From contig OY759724.1 in the NCBI GenBank assembly GCA_963662715.1, forward strand, positions 2,074,662 to 2,138,661: DNA of 64,000 bases, given 5' to 3'. The stretch is from Candidatus Omnitrophota bacterium (lineage in GTDB: Bacteria > Omnitrophota > Gorgyraeia > Zapsychrales > JANLHA01). The position numbers were made by a program, and so were the translations under genes. Each line of letters starts with the position of its first letter. Position 1 is the stretch's first letter. Positions 9,349 to 19,335 of the stretch are shown piece after piece. The notes beneath the pieces are model-generated. The model did not search any database and was not told where the DNA came from. It saw only the letters and a list, made by a program, of their open reading frames with translations.

Positions 9349-10473
9349 ATGAGTCGAGTTATCCTGTGTTTGCTACATCTTCCTCCACCGCACATCGGGC
9401 CGTCAGTCATCAATGAATCGGTCATCCAGAGCCTTTCTTTGAACCCGGAATTCGAATGTGATGTTTTCCCGATCAATACGTCGAATCATATACAGCAGAT
9501 CAACCGGTTTTCATTAAAGAAAGTTTCTGTCCTTTTCACAATGAGCTTTAAGCTGATCAGGAGGTTGCTGAACAGAAAGTATCATTTGGTTTATATGTCC
9601 CTGACGCCTACGGGAATCGGATTCTTAAAAGATTTTATCCTGGTGATGATCTTGAAAATGCGGGGTGTTTGCCGGCTTTACCATCTGCATGGCAAAGGGG
9701 TTCATGAGAAACAGAACGTATTCATGACATGGCTTTACCGCCTGTGTTTTAAAGGAAGTCATGTCATTCTGCTGTCGGAAAGCCTTTATCCGGATATCAA
9801 GTGTTATGTTCCTCGTGAGCAGGTTTCGGTCATCCCTAACGGCGTCCCCGAGGATATTGATGCGAAAGCCTGGGAGAAAATAAGAGAGCGGCGGAGACAG
9901 CCTCATGTCTTTCATGTCCTTTTTTTAGCGAACCTGGTGAGAAGCAAGGGGATCTTCACGGCGTTGGAAGCGGTGCGTCAACTGCAGCAGAAGGAGCTGA
10001 AGTTCCAATTTTCTGTTGTCGGTGCGGATTTTGATGTCACACAGGCCGAACTGGTCGAATGGGTGGAGCAAAATGACCTGCAGGAAACGGTTTTTGTTTT
10101 AGGATACAGAAGCGGGGCGCAAAAACGGGAGATATTTGAAAGAGCGGATATTTTTATTTATCCGACACAAAAGGATACTTTTCCTCTGGTCCTTTTGGAA
10201 GCTATGCAGTACGGTTTGCCGGTCGTTTCGACTTTTGAGGGGGCTATCCCTGATATTGTTGACGCCAATCAGACCGGGTTCTTGGTCGCTCCCGGATCAG
10301 CAACGGATCTGGCGGAGAAGATTGAATTTTTAATGAAGGATACGGAATGGCGGAGCAACATGGGGGAACAGGCACGCGCCAAATTCGTCCGGGAGTATAC
10401 ATTTTTTATCTTTGAACATCGGCTGAGCGCTGTTTTTAAAAAGGTGTCTGATGATCGTGCAGCGCTATCTTAA
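9349..10473 (+). CDS. Glycosyltransferase family 1 (GT4-like)
   Basis: GT-B C-terminal motif with the conserved EAMQYGLPVV segment (EX7E-like), plus LFLANLVRSKG. Confidence 0.7.
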   Translation: MSRVILCLLHLPPPHIGPSVINESVIQSLSLNPEFECDVFPINTSNHIQQINRFSLKKVSVLFTMSFKLIRRLLNRKYHLVYMSLTPTGIGFLKDFILVMILKMRGVCRLYHLHGKGVHEKQNVFMTWLYRLCFKGSHVILLSESLYPDIKCYVPREQVSVIPNGVPEDIDAKAWEKIRERRRQPHVFHVLFLANLVRSKGIFTALEAVRQLQQKELKFQFSVVGADFDVTQAELVEWVEQNDLQETVFVLGYRSGAQKREIFERADIFIYPTQKDTFPLVLLEAMQYGLPVVSTFEGAIPDIVDANQTGFLVAPGSATDLAEKIEFLMKDTEWRSNMGEQARAKFVREYTFFIFEHRLSAVFKKVSDDRAALS

Positions 10474-10482
10474 GGAGATCTC

Positions 10483-12384
10483 ATGTGCGGCATAAACGGA
10501 TTAAGTGGATTCCCGGAAGGGGCCGCGCTTGTCCAGAATATGAACCAGGCTATCAGGCACCGGGGGCCTGATGCCGAAGGCGTGTGGCAGGACGAGTGTT
10601 TGACGCTTGGGCATCGGCGGCTTTCGATTATCGACCTGTCTCCGGAGGCCAATCAGCCGATGGCGAGAGACGGTTTTATTATCGTTTATAACGGAGAAAT
10701 ATATAATTTCCGGGAATTAAGGGAAGATTTAAAACGAAAAGGAGCCCTTTTTAAGACGCGTTCGGATACCGAAGTCGTCCTGGAACTTTTTCGCCATTAT
10801 CGCGAGGAAAGTTTTTCTAAACTTCAGGGGATGTTTGCCTTTGGCCTCTACGATTGTAAGAATAAAGAATTGTATCTGGTCCGGGACTATTTTGGCATTA
10901 AACCTCTTTTCTACTGGCATGCGCCGCCTGACCGTTTGGCTTTCTCCTCGGAATGTAAATCGTTCCTGAATCTTCCGGGGTTCCGGAAGGAATTGAACCC
11001 CGGGGTTCTCGTCTCCTGCCTGAATTATCTTTGGCCGGCAGGGGATGAGGCTATTTTTAAGGATGTTTTCAAGGTCCCTCCGGCCCATTACCTGAAAGTG
11101 CGTTTTCAGCGTAACGGGATCGCTTTGACCCAAAGACGGTATTGGGAATGGCCGGATCCCCTTTTTTCTCCGGGGCCGGAGCAAGAACATATAGAGGCCT
11201 TATCCGCCATTCTTGAGAAGAGCGTTGAGGAACATCTTGTTTCCGATGTGCCTGTCGGAGCTTTTTTAAGCGGGGGGTTAGATTCTTCATTAATAACGAC
11301 GTTGGCCCGGAGGCATAATCCGGATTTGTCGACTTATACCATATCGATCTCGCGGAAAGCCCAGCAGGTGGAACGCATGCCGCGGGACAACTTTTATGCC
11401 CAGGCGGTGGCTTCGTATTTGGGTGTCCGTCATACAGATATTCCCGTAGAGCCTTCTGTGATCGACGCTTTGCAGAATATGGTTGAAATTTTGGACGAGC
11501 CGATCGGGGATCCGGCCGCAATTAATACTTATCTTATTTGCCGGCTGGCCCGGGAAAGAGGGATAAAAGTGCTTTTGTCCGGCATGGGGGCCGATGAAAT
11601 ATTTGCGGGGTACAGGAGGCATTATGCCACGCTCCTAAGCCGAAAAATACAGCGGTGCCCGGGGTTCATGAAAAAGGCCGTCTCCCGGACCCTTTCCGTT
11701 CTGCCGGTTCGTCTGGGCTCTTACGGCCTGCGGCCCGTCCGCTGGGCCAAGCGTTTTTTTTCTTTTGTCGACATGCCTTTCGCAGAAGCCTATATGCGCA
11801 GCTATTCCTATTATGACCGAAACGAGCTGAGAGAAATCTTTAACGGGCGGTATGATGCCGAGATTGATGAGCTATTCGATCACCATGACCGGCTTTTTAA
11901 CGACGCCAGAAACTGGGATGAGATCAATAGGATGTGTTTTACAGATATTCATATGTTCATGACGGGTTTGAATTTGACGTATACCGACCGGGCTTCTATG
12001 GCGGCTTCGGTGGAAGTCCGGGTGCCTTTTATTGACAAGAATGTTATAGAATGGGGCATGTCTTTGCCGGGTTCCTATAAGATTAAAAATAATACTTCAA
12101 AATATATTTTAAAGAAAGTGGCCGAACGGGATTTGCCGAAACGTATTGTTTACCGCCCCAAAGCTTCTTTCGGCATGCCTTTACGGGCTTGGATGAATGG
12201 AGAACTTCGGGAATTAGTGGACGATGTTTTATCTTATGATAATATAAAAAAGCGCGGGATTTTAAATCCTGACCTGGTCAGGACAATTATCCGAAGAGAC
12301 CGGGAAGGGCGGGAGGACCATGCGTACAGGATTTATCAATTTTTAACTTTGGAATTATGGTTGCGGAAAATCACCGGGGTATAG
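10483..12384 (+). CDS. Asparagine synthase (glutamine-hydrolysing) family amidotransferase, glycan-locus type (WbpS-like)
   Basis: N-terminal nucleophile Met-Cys (MCGINGL) and PP-loop SGGLDSS; length about 630 aa. RBS AAGGAG upstream. Confidence 0.8.
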   Translation: MCGINGLSGFPEGAALVQNMNQAIRHRGPDAEGVWQDECLTLGHRRLSIIDLSPEANQPMARDGFIIVYNGEIYNFRELREDLKRKGALFKTRSDTEVVLELFRHYREESFSKLQGMFAFGLYDCKNKELYLVRDYFGIKPLFYWHAPPDRLAFSSECKSFLNLPGFRKELNPGVLVSCLNYLWPAGDEAIFKDVFKVPPAHYLKVRFQRNGIALTQRRYWEWPDPLFSPGPEQEHIEALSAILEKSVEEHLVSDVPVGAFLSGGLDSSLITTLARRHNPDLSTYTISISRKAQQVERMPRDNFYAQAVASYLGVRHTDIPVEPSVIDALQNMVEILDEPIGDPAAINTYLICRLARERGIKVLLSGMGADEIFAGYRRHYATLLSRKIQRCPGFMKKAVSRTLSVLPVRLGSYGLRPVRWAKRFFSFVDMPFAEAYMRSYSYYDRNELREIFNGRYDAEIDELFDHHDRLFNDARNWDEINRMCFTDIHMFMTGLNLTYTDRASMAASVEVRVPFIDKNVIEWGMSLPGSYKIKNNTSKYILKKVAERDLPKRIVYRPKASFGMPLRAWMNGELRELVDDVLSYDNIKKRGILNPDLVRTIIRRDREGREDHAYRIYQFLTLELWLRKITGV

Positions 12385-12465
12385 GAAAACAGGGAATTTT
12401 TTGGCCCCCGAACGCCAGGAAGCTCAGTGTTCCTGAAAAATAATTGCGAGGAGGTCTTTTGAGAT

Positions 12466-14610
12466 ATGAGACAGATTGTTCAAAACTTGAAAACCGGAGA
12501 GCTGATTTTAGAGAATGTCCCGGCGCCTTCCGGGCAGCCCGGCAAGGTGCTTGTACAGAACAGATATTCTCTGATCAGTGCCGGAACCGAACGCTCAACG
12601 GTTCATACCGGGAAATTGTCTCTGCTGGGAAAGGCTAAGAAGAGGCCGGATCTTGTCAAACAGGTTATGGCAAACATCCGGAAGGAAGGCCTGGCCTCGA
12701 CCATTCACAAAGTCAAAAATAAACTCAATTGGCCTAAAGCTTTGGGCTACAGCAGCTGTGGCATTGTTCTGGCTTCGGACCGGCAGGGCCTTTTTCAGGC
12801 CGGTGATCTTGTGGCCTGCGCCGGGCAGGATTATGCCTCTCATGCTGAGGTTGTCTGCGTCCCGCAGAACCTTACGGTTAAAGTGCCGCCAGGCGTGTCT
12901 CCCGAAGAAGCCTGTTTCACGACAGTGGGCGCCATTGCTTTGCAGGGTGTGCGGCAGGCGGATGTCCGGATCGGGGAAAAGGTCTGTGTTATCGGGCTGG
13001 GGCTTATCGGGCAGCTCACCGCTCAGATTCTCAAAGCCAACGGCTGTTTTGTGTTCGGGATCGATGTCAGCGATCATGCGCTGAAGCTGGCTGAGGATTT
13101 GGGGATACAGGCAGCGGCGCATAGAAAGGCGGCGCATCTTCATCAGAGTCTGAATGCCTTTGCCGGTCCGCACGGTTTTGATAAAGTGATTGTCGCGGCT
13201 TCGTGCCAGAATAATGATCCGGTCCTTTTGGCCGCGGAAGTGCTCCGGAAGAAAGGCCTCATGGTCGTGGTGGGCAACGTCCCGGTGGATATCCCCCGGG
13301 AACCGCATTTTTATAAGAAGGAACTGGAACTGAAAATGGCGACCTCCTACGGGCCGGGCCGGTATGATCCTTCTTATGAGGAGCACGGCCTGGATTATCC
13401 TTACCCCTATGTCAGGTTCACGGAAAACAGAAACATGGAGGTTTTCCTGCATTTAATCGTCCAGGGTATGGTGCAGGTCAAGCCGCTTATAAGCCATGTT
13501 TTCGACTTCGCCGAGGCTTTAAAGGCTTATGACGTGATCATGGAACAAAAAGAGCCGTATACCGGCATACTTTTAAAATATGATGAAAACAGCAGGGCCG
13601 TTGAAACGCGGCAGGTTGCTGTTCATCATGATCCGGTCAAGGCCATCAATGTCGGGTTTATCGGGGCGGGGAGTTTTGCCCAGGGACATCTTCTGCCTGC
13701 CTTGAAGCAATATGATGTTTCTCTCGATACGGTTGTCACGACACAGGGGGTTTCCGCCAAAAACGTCGCGGATAAATTCGGCTTTCGTACGGCTTCCACG
13801 GAGGCAGAGGCCGTATGCTCGGCCAAGGATATCAATACAGTATTCATTGCCACCCGGCACAACACGCATGCCGGTTTTGTTTTGAGATGCCTGGCAGCCC
13901 GGAAGCATATTTTTGTGGAGAAACCTTTATGCTTAACGGAGGACGACCTTAAAGAGATCGCGTCCTTAGGCCCGGGAGGGCGTTTGTTTATGGTGGGGTA
14001 CAACCGCCGTTTTGCCCCGCTGAGTGTTTATGTGAAGGAACATTTGCCGTCTGATATGCGTCCGGTCATGATGAATTTCAGAGTTAATGCCGGATATATC
14101 CCGGCAGAATCCTGGATACAGGACAAAGAGGTCGGGGGCGGCCGCATCCTCGGAGAACTTTGCCATTTTGTGGATCTGATGCTGTTTTTTTCCGGATCTG
14201 TCCCGCGCCGGGTTTCGGCTTTCGGGGTGACCCCGAGGGGCAAATGGCAGAGGGATGACAATCTTGTCGTACAGTTGGAATTCCAGAATGGCTCTGTAGG
14301 GCAGATTTTGTATACAGCCATGGGGTCCTCCCGGATGCCCAAAGAACATCTGGAGATTTTTGCCGGAGGGAGTTCTTTTGTCATCCATGATTTCCGGGAA
14401 GCTAAAATATTTGTTCAAGGCCGCGAATCAAACGTGCGCCGGCCGGGGAAAGGGCATAAAGAGGAAATCGCCGCCTTCATATCATCCCTGCGGGACGGGA
14501 CGGAAAGCCCTGTCCCCTTCGAACATATCCTTTCGGTGTCGCTGACAACTTTTAAGATTATAAAAAGCCTGGAAACCCAGTCATCACAACTGGTCGATAT
14601 TCATGAATGA
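12466..14610 (+). CDS. Bi-domain oxidoreductase: N-terminal zinc-type MDR alcohol dehydrogenase fused to a C-terminal Gfo/Idh/MocA NAD(P)-binding oxidoreductase
   Basis: N-terminal half has MDR features (GVRQADVRIGEKVCVIGLGLIGQ NAD motif). C-terminal half has the Gfo/Idh/MocA Rossmann motif VGFIGAGSFAQ and an EKP motif. RBS GAGGAGG upstream. Confidence 0.7.
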   Translation: MRQIVQNLKTGELILENVPAPSGQPGKVLVQNRYSLISAGTERSTVHTGKLSLLGKAKKRPDLVKQVMANIRKEGLASTIHKVKNKLNWPKALGYSSCGIVLASDRQGLFQAGDLVACAGQDYASHAEVVCVPQNLTVKVPPGVSPEEACFTTVGAIALQGVRQADVRIGEKVCVIGLGLIGQLTAQILKANGCFVFGIDVSDHALKLAEDLGIQAAAHRKAAHLHQSLNAFAGPHGFDKVIVAASCQNNDPVLLAAEVLRKKGLMVVVGNVPVDIPREPHFYKKELELKMATSYGPGRYDPSYEEHGLDYPYPYVRFTENRNMEVFLHLIVQGMVQVKPLISHVFDFAEALKAYDVIMEQKEPYTGILLKYDENSRAVETRQVAVHHDPVKAINVGFIGAGSFAQGHLLPALKQYDVSLDTVVTTQGVSAKNVADKFGFRTASTEAEAVCSAKDINTVFIATRHNTHAGFVLRCLAARKHIFVEKPLCLTEDDLKEIASLGPGGRLFMVGYNRRFAPLSVYVKEHLPSDMRPVMMNFRVNAGYIPAESWIQDKEVGGGRILGELCHFVDLMLFFSGSVPRRVSAFGVTPRGKWQRDDNLVVQLEFQNGSVGQILYTAMGSSRMPKEHLEIFAGGSSFVIHDFREAKIFVQGRESNVRRPGKGHKEEIAAFISSLRDGTESPVPFEHILSVSLTTFKIIKSLETQSSQLVDIHE

Positions 14611-15805
14611 CATTTATGAGTCTTTGGTTCGTTTAAAGGATTATTGTCAAAAGGCCGGTTATCAAGGATGGGATCCTTTTGACGGGTTGAATTCTGCCTT
14701 TTTTCAGGCATCTTTTTTAAGAAATTCCCCTTTGTTTCGGATGTGCTGGATTCAGTTCTTTAAGCGAAGCCCGGTTAACCTGCGGTCGGTCTTTCGTGTC
14801 CCCAAAGGATTCAATCCTAAAGGCATAGCTTTGTTCTTGCGCGGTTATGTCTGTCTGGCCCGGGCTTTTCAGGATGAAGCGGATTTCGCGGTTATTCGTT
14901 CCCTCGCGGAGACATTGCGTAATTCTGTTTCGGCCGGATACTCCGGGTCTTGCTGGGGATATAACTTCGACTGGCAGTCCCGGGCTTTTTTTGTCCCCCG
15001 CGGAACCCCGAATGTGATCGTCTCGACTTTTGCGGGACATGCTTTACTGGATGTTTATGAACTTCAGGGGGAAAAAAAATTCATGCAGATGGCGGTGTCT
15101 GTCAGCGATTTTATCCGGCAGGATTTAAACCGCCAGGAGGATCAGCACGGCGGAATGTGTTTCTCCTACACGCCTTTAGATCACTCACGGATTTTCAACG
15201 CATCTCTTTTGGCGTCGGCTTTTTTAGCCCGGGTTTACCGTTTAACCCGCGACCCCGCGCTTTTTATTGACGCCCAGAGGTCCGTGTCTTTTTGCTGCCG
15301 GCAGCAAAATGCCGACGGCAGCTGGTTTTACGGTATGAACCCGAATCAGCGATGGATCGACAGCTTCCATACGGCGTATAATCTGGAGGCCCTTTTTCAA
15401 TATCAGGATTGGACGGGAGATGATCAGTTTCAGGGATTTTTTGAAAAGGGTTTTTCTTATTATGCGAAAAATTTCTTTACCGAAGAAGGGGTCCCTAAAT
15501 ATTATCACAATCGTATTTATCCTGTTGATGTTCATTCCACGGCCGGCCTGATTTCTCTTATGCTGATATCCGGCCGTCATGCCCGATATGCTGATCTGAA
15601 TAAAAATGTATTGAAGTGGACAATTCGGCATATGCAGTCTAAAATAGGATACTTTTATTACCAAATTCACAAATGGTGCAAGATTGACATCCCGTATATC
15701 CGCTGGACGCAGGCATGGATGTTTTATGCGTTGAGCTTTTACGTGTATTATCTGAAAAAGAACCGTTTGGCTTTTTCATCCGAAGGAGATTGTCAGGAAG
15801 AATGA
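14603..15805 (+). CDS. Hypothetical protein, aromatic-rich (W/Y/F/H), possibly an alpha/alpha-toroid-like glycan-modifying enzyme
   Basis: 400-aa ORF tightly packed in the operon: 8-nt overlap upstream and an ATGA overlap downstream. I recognised no motif. Rich in W, Y, F and H, as seen in carbohydrate-active toroid folds. Confidence 0.4.
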   Translation: MNDIYESLVRLKDYCQKAGYQGWDPFDGLNSAFFQASFLRNSPLFRMCWIQFFKRSPVNLRSVFRVPKGFNPKGIALFLRGYVCLARAFQDEADFAVIRSLAETLRNSVSAGYSGSCWGYNFDWQSRAFFVPRGTPNVIVSTFAGHALLDVYELQGEKKFMQMAVSVSDFIRQDLNRQEDQHGGMCFSYTPLDHSRIFNASLLASAFLARVYRLTRDPALFIDAQRSVSFCCRQQNADGSWFYGMNPNQRWIDSFHTAYNLEALFQYQDWTGDDQFQGFFEKGFSYYAKNFFTEEGVPKYYHNRIYPVDVHSTAGLISLMLISGRHARYADLNKNVLKWTIRHMQSKIGYFYYQIHKWCKIDIPYIRWTQAWMFYALSFYVYYLKKNRLAFSSEGDCQEE

Positions 15806-16911
15806 CACGAAGAAAAAAAGTCGTTTTTGTCGCCGGGGCCAGACCGAATTTCATGAAAATTGCCTGTCTGCTTAAGGAATGCCGCAAGTATAAGGCGATC
15901 CGGGCTATTGTTGTCCATTCCGGCCAGCATTATGATAACGAGATGTCGGAACAGTTTTTTAAAGATTTGGACATTGCTCCTCCCCGGTATTTTCTGGGGG
16001 TCGGGTCAGGGAGCCATGCCGAGCAGACAGGTCGTGTGATGGTGGCCTTCGAAAAGATCTGCCAAAAGGAGCGTCCCGATTACGTTGTGGTCGTCGGTGA
16101 TGTCAACTCCACGGTCGCGGCCTGCCTGGCCGCCAAGAAATGTCATATCCGCGTAGCCCATATCGAAGCAGGGTTGAGAAGTTTTGATATGGCGATGCCG
16201 GAAGAGATCAACCGCATGGTGACCGACAGTATTTCCGATGACCTCTTTGTCACGGAACAGAGCGGTGTCACCCATTTACGGAAAGAGGGGCATGCTGCGA
16301 AGAAAATTCATTTTGTCGGAAACACCATGATAGACAGCCTTATCCTGGCGATGAAAAAGATTCAACGTATGGACCCGCGGTCCTGGACGAGTTATCCTTT
16401 GCAGGAACAGTTGTCTTCTTATGGCTTGCTGACTCTGCACCGGCCCAGCAATGTTGACAGCAAAACGCAGCTTAAGCGATTGCTGGCTGTGGTTGATCAA
16501 GTGGCCCAGGAGATTCCCATCATATTCCCTGCGCATCCCCGGACCCGTAAAAGCATCAGAGAGTTTAAAGTTAAATTATCAAAGAATATTCATCTTACCC
16601 ATCCGTTAGGCTATTTGGAGTTTATCTTTTTATGCCAGAAAGCCGGATTCATTTTGACGGACAGCGGGGGGATTCAGGAAGAGACGACCTTTTTGAAAGT
16701 CCCCTGTTTCACTCTGAGGGCCAACACGGAACGTCCGGTCACTCTTGAAAAAGGGACGAACATCCTTGTCGGAAATAACATAGAGCAAATTCCCCGCCTC
16801 GTTCATCAGGTCCTCCGCGGTCAGTCCCGGGCGGGCCAGACGCCCCCTTTATGGGACGGGAGGGCCTCTCAGCGGATCATAAAAATTTTGGTGCGGAAAT
16901 TAATGATATGA
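15802..16911 (+). CDS. wecB: UDP-N-acetylglucosamine 2-epimerase (non-hydrolysing)
   Basis: N-terminal VVFVAGARPNFMKIA and HSGQHYD motifs typical of WecB/MnaA. Start ATG 15802 forms an ATGA overlap with the upstream stop. Confidence 0.8.
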   Translation: MTRRKKVVFVAGARPNFMKIACLLKECRKYKAIRAIVVHSGQHYDNEMSEQFFKDLDIAPPRYFLGVGSGSHAEQTGRVMVAFEKICQKERPDYVVVVGDVNSTVAACLAAKKCHIRVAHIEAGLRSFDMAMPEEINRMVTDSISDDLFVTEQSGVTHLRKEGHAAKKIHFVGNTMIDSLILAMKKIQRMDPRSWTSYPLQEQLSSYGLLTLHRPSNVDSKTQLKRLLAVVDQVAQEIPIIFPAHPRTRKSIREFKVKLSKNIHLTHPLGYLEFIFLCQKAGFILTDSGGIQEETTFLKVPCFTLRANTERPVTLEKGTNILVGNNIEQIPRLVHQVLRGQSRAGQTPPLWDGRASQRIIKILVRKLMI

Positions 16912-17681
16912 TAAGAGAGAGACGGATTAATATCCTGGACTGCCCCATTGATAACCTGAGCCGTAAAGAAACGGTGGCTCTGATTGAAGATATGATCCGT
17001 CAACGGCTCTCTTGCCAGCATGTCGTTATTAATGTTGACAAGCTTTTAAAAGTGCGGCGGGACCGGAAACTTCATGATATTATTTCTCAGTGCGACATCA
17101 TTAATGCTGACGGCATGCCGATTGTCTGGGTTTCCCGTTGGCTGGGCCAGCCTTTGCCGGAAAGGGTGGCCGGTATTGATCTGATGCATGATCTGGTGTC
17201 GTTGTCTGCGCAAAAGAACTATAGGATCTTTTTCCTGGGAGCCCGGCAGGATGTTGTGCAAGCCGTTGTCGGGAAATATCGGATGCTGTACCCGGACATT
17301 AACATTGTGGGGTTCCGGAACGGATACTGGCCGGAATCGGAAGAGGAAGACGTGGTTAACGAAATCAGAGCCGCGGCCCCGGATATCCTTTTTGTCGCGA
17401 TGAGCTCCCCGAAAAAGGAAATGTTTTTAAACAGATACCGGCAGAAACTTCGTGTCCCTTTTGTTATGGGCGTCGGAGGCAGCTTTGACGTGGTGGCCGG
17501 ATATACGCAACGGGCTCCCCTTTGGATGCAACGGCGTGGTCTGGAATGGCTGTTCCGTCTTATGCAGGAACCGAAACGCATGTGGAGACGATATTTGATC
17601 GGTAACACGCAATTTGTTTTTATCGTGGCCCGCGAGATGTTTGGTCCCAAGGCCAGAAGAAACAGCCCGCAGCATCAGTAA
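16908..17681 (+). CDS. WecG/TagA/CpsF family (GT26) glycosyltransferase
   Basis: About 255 aa. INILDCPIDNLSRKE N-terminus and overall GT26-like sequence. ATGA overlap with wecB. Confidence 0.7.
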   Translation: MIRERRINILDCPIDNLSRKETVALIEDMIRQRLSCQHVVINVDKLLKVRRDRKLHDIISQCDIINADGMPIVWVSRWLGQPLPERVAGIDLMHDLVSLSAQKNYRIFFLGARQDVVQAVVGKYRMLYPDINIVGFRNGYWPESEEEDVVNEIRAAAPDILFVAMSSPKKEMFLNRYRQKLRVPFVMGVGGSFDVVAGYTQRAPLWMQRRGLEWLFRLMQEPKRMWRRYLIGNTQFVFIVAREMFGPKARRNSPQHQ

Positions 17682-17806
17682 GAATTTTATCCTGTTGCGC
17701 CCACGCGCTATTTTATTATCCCTCTACAATATAAAATAAGCCTGCCGTTCCTTCCCGTTCCGGATGGGGAAAAACTCCGGAACAGGAAAAATTATTGGCA
17801 GGTGTT

Positions 17807-17833
17807 TTGAAAAATGCTGTATGGATGTATAAT
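17807..17833 (+). promoter_or_regulatory. Candidate sigma70-type promoter (TTGAAA-N15-TATAAT, with TG upstream of -10) for the downstream glycan-operon segment
   Basis: Hexamers read directly in the AT-rich 230-nt gap before the phosphoglycosyltransferase gene. Confidence 0.3.
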
Positions 17834-17913
17834 TGATATTGCGAAATTAAAAATGAATAGGTAAAATGTAACATTATTAAAATTTATCATTCTAATACTA
17901 ATAATCTTTTTGT

Positions 17914-19323
17914 ATGATCACTTCCATCAGAAAAATCTATCCTCTTTATATCTTCATTGATTTTGTCTTGATCTGGAGCAGTTTTATCATTCCGTATTTT
18001 TTAAAATACAACGCCATTACGGATATTTTCCGGGTGATCACGCTGCCCAACCTTGATCAGTATATTTTTATCTTCGTTCTTTGGACGATATTTATCGTCA
18101 GTTTTTTTCAGGGAAAAGGTCTTTACGCCACGGACCGGAGCCTGCCCATCCCCAAAGAAATGGCGCGGGTGGCCTTAAATCTTTTTTATGTCAGCGTGAT
18201 CATGGCCGCCATCATATTTTTCGCTCAGTATAAATTTTTTTCCCGGAAGGTCTTCCTGGAGAACTTTTTGTCTTTATGTTTTTTGCTGGGAGGGTGGAGG
18301 GTCATCAAGAGGCTTATTCTGCGCAAGCTGATCGCCGGCGGCTTTCATAATATTAATGTCTTGATTGTCGGGGCCGGAAAAGTCGGGGGCGTCGTTCTGG
18401 AGGAAATCCGGCAGAATCCGCAGTGGGGATTCCATATTGTCGGATTCCTGGACGATCGTAAAGAGGAAATCGACGGATTCCCTGTCCTCGGGAAGGTGCG
18501 GGACTTTCCCTCGGTGGCCCGGAAACACTTTGTCGATGAAATTGTTGTGACAATCCCGTCTGTGCGGGAACTTATCGGGGATATTATCAAGAAGGCCAAA
18601 ACCATGCATCTCGGGGTGAGAATCGTTCCGGAGAATTTTGAAGGGCCGCTGTCTTTTATCGAAATCAATTATATGGGCATCATTCCCTTGCTGACATATA
18701 AACAGCGGAAACATCATCCTACGGAGTTTGCCCTTAAACGGCTGTTTGATATCATGCTGTCATTCGTGTTTATTGTTTTGTCATCCCCTTTATTTGTTGT
18801 TATCTCCCTTTTGATTAAATGGGATTCTCCGGGGCCGGTTTTTTATGTCCAACAGAGGGTCGGATTAAAAGGGAAGCGTTTTAATCTGTTTAAATTCCGT
18901 TCCATGTTCGATGGCGCTGAGCAAATGAAGTCCAGACTGTTAAATAATAATGAAGTGAAAGACGGTGTTATTTTTAAAATGAAAAAGGATCCCCGGGTCA
19001 CCCGTTTCGGGAAGTTGTTGCGGAAGTACAGCCTGGATGAATTGCCGCAGCTTTTTAATGTTTTTAAAGGGGACATGAGCCTGGTCGGCCCCCGGCCGCC
19101 GACCCCGGATGAGGTTGAACAATATCAACAGCAGGATTTGCAGCGCTTGTCCATCCGGCCGGGTGTTACGTGCATTTCTCAGGTCCGGGGCCGAAGCGAC
19201 CTGTCGTTTAAAAGATGGGTTAAATGGGATTTGTGGTATATCAATAACTGGTCTTTTGGTTTAGATATGCAGATTCTGCTGTGGACCGTGCCCGCCGTCA
19301 TAAAAGGAAAAGGAGCTTACTGA
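17914..19323 (+). CDS. Polyprenyl-phosphate glycosylphosphotransferase (WbaP/sugar-transferase family), initiating enzyme
   Basis: N-terminal TM helices, central NAD-like linker, and C-terminal bacterial sugar transferase domain (PGPVFYVQQRVGLKGKRFNLFKFRSM ... DELPQLFNVFKGDMSLVGPRP). Confidence 0.8.
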   Translation: MITSIRKIYPLYIFIDFVLIWSSFIIPYFLKYNAITDIFRVITLPNLDQYIFIFVLWTIFIVSFFQGKGLYATDRSLPIPKEMARVALNLFYVSVIMAAIIFFAQYKFFSRKVFLENFLSLCFLLGGWRVIKRLILRKLIAGGFHNINVLIVGAGKVGGVVLEEIRQNPQWGFHIVGFLDDRKEEIDGFPVLGKVRDFPSVARKHFVDEIVVTIPSVRELIGDIIKKAKTMHLGVRIVPENFEGPLSFIEINYMGIIPLLTYKQRKHHPTEFALKRLFDIMLSFVFIVLSSPLFVVISLLIKWDSPGPVFYVQQRVGLKGKRFNLFKFRSMFDGAEQMKSRLLNNNEVKDGVIFKMKKDPRVTRFGKLLRKYSLDELPQLFNVFKGDMSLVGPRPPTPDEVEQYQQQDLQRLSIRPGVTCISQVRGRSDLSFKRWVKWDLWYINNWSFGLDMQILLWTVPAVIKGKGAY

Positions 19324-19335
19324 TGCTGGAAAGGC

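Noticed and set aside
12595-13452. 285-aa minus-strand ORF, and the 168-aa + strand ORF at 12578-13084
   Set aside because: Both overlap the well-supported fused oxidoreductase gene in other frames. Composition is low-complexity R/P/G-rich, as expected of off-frame translation.
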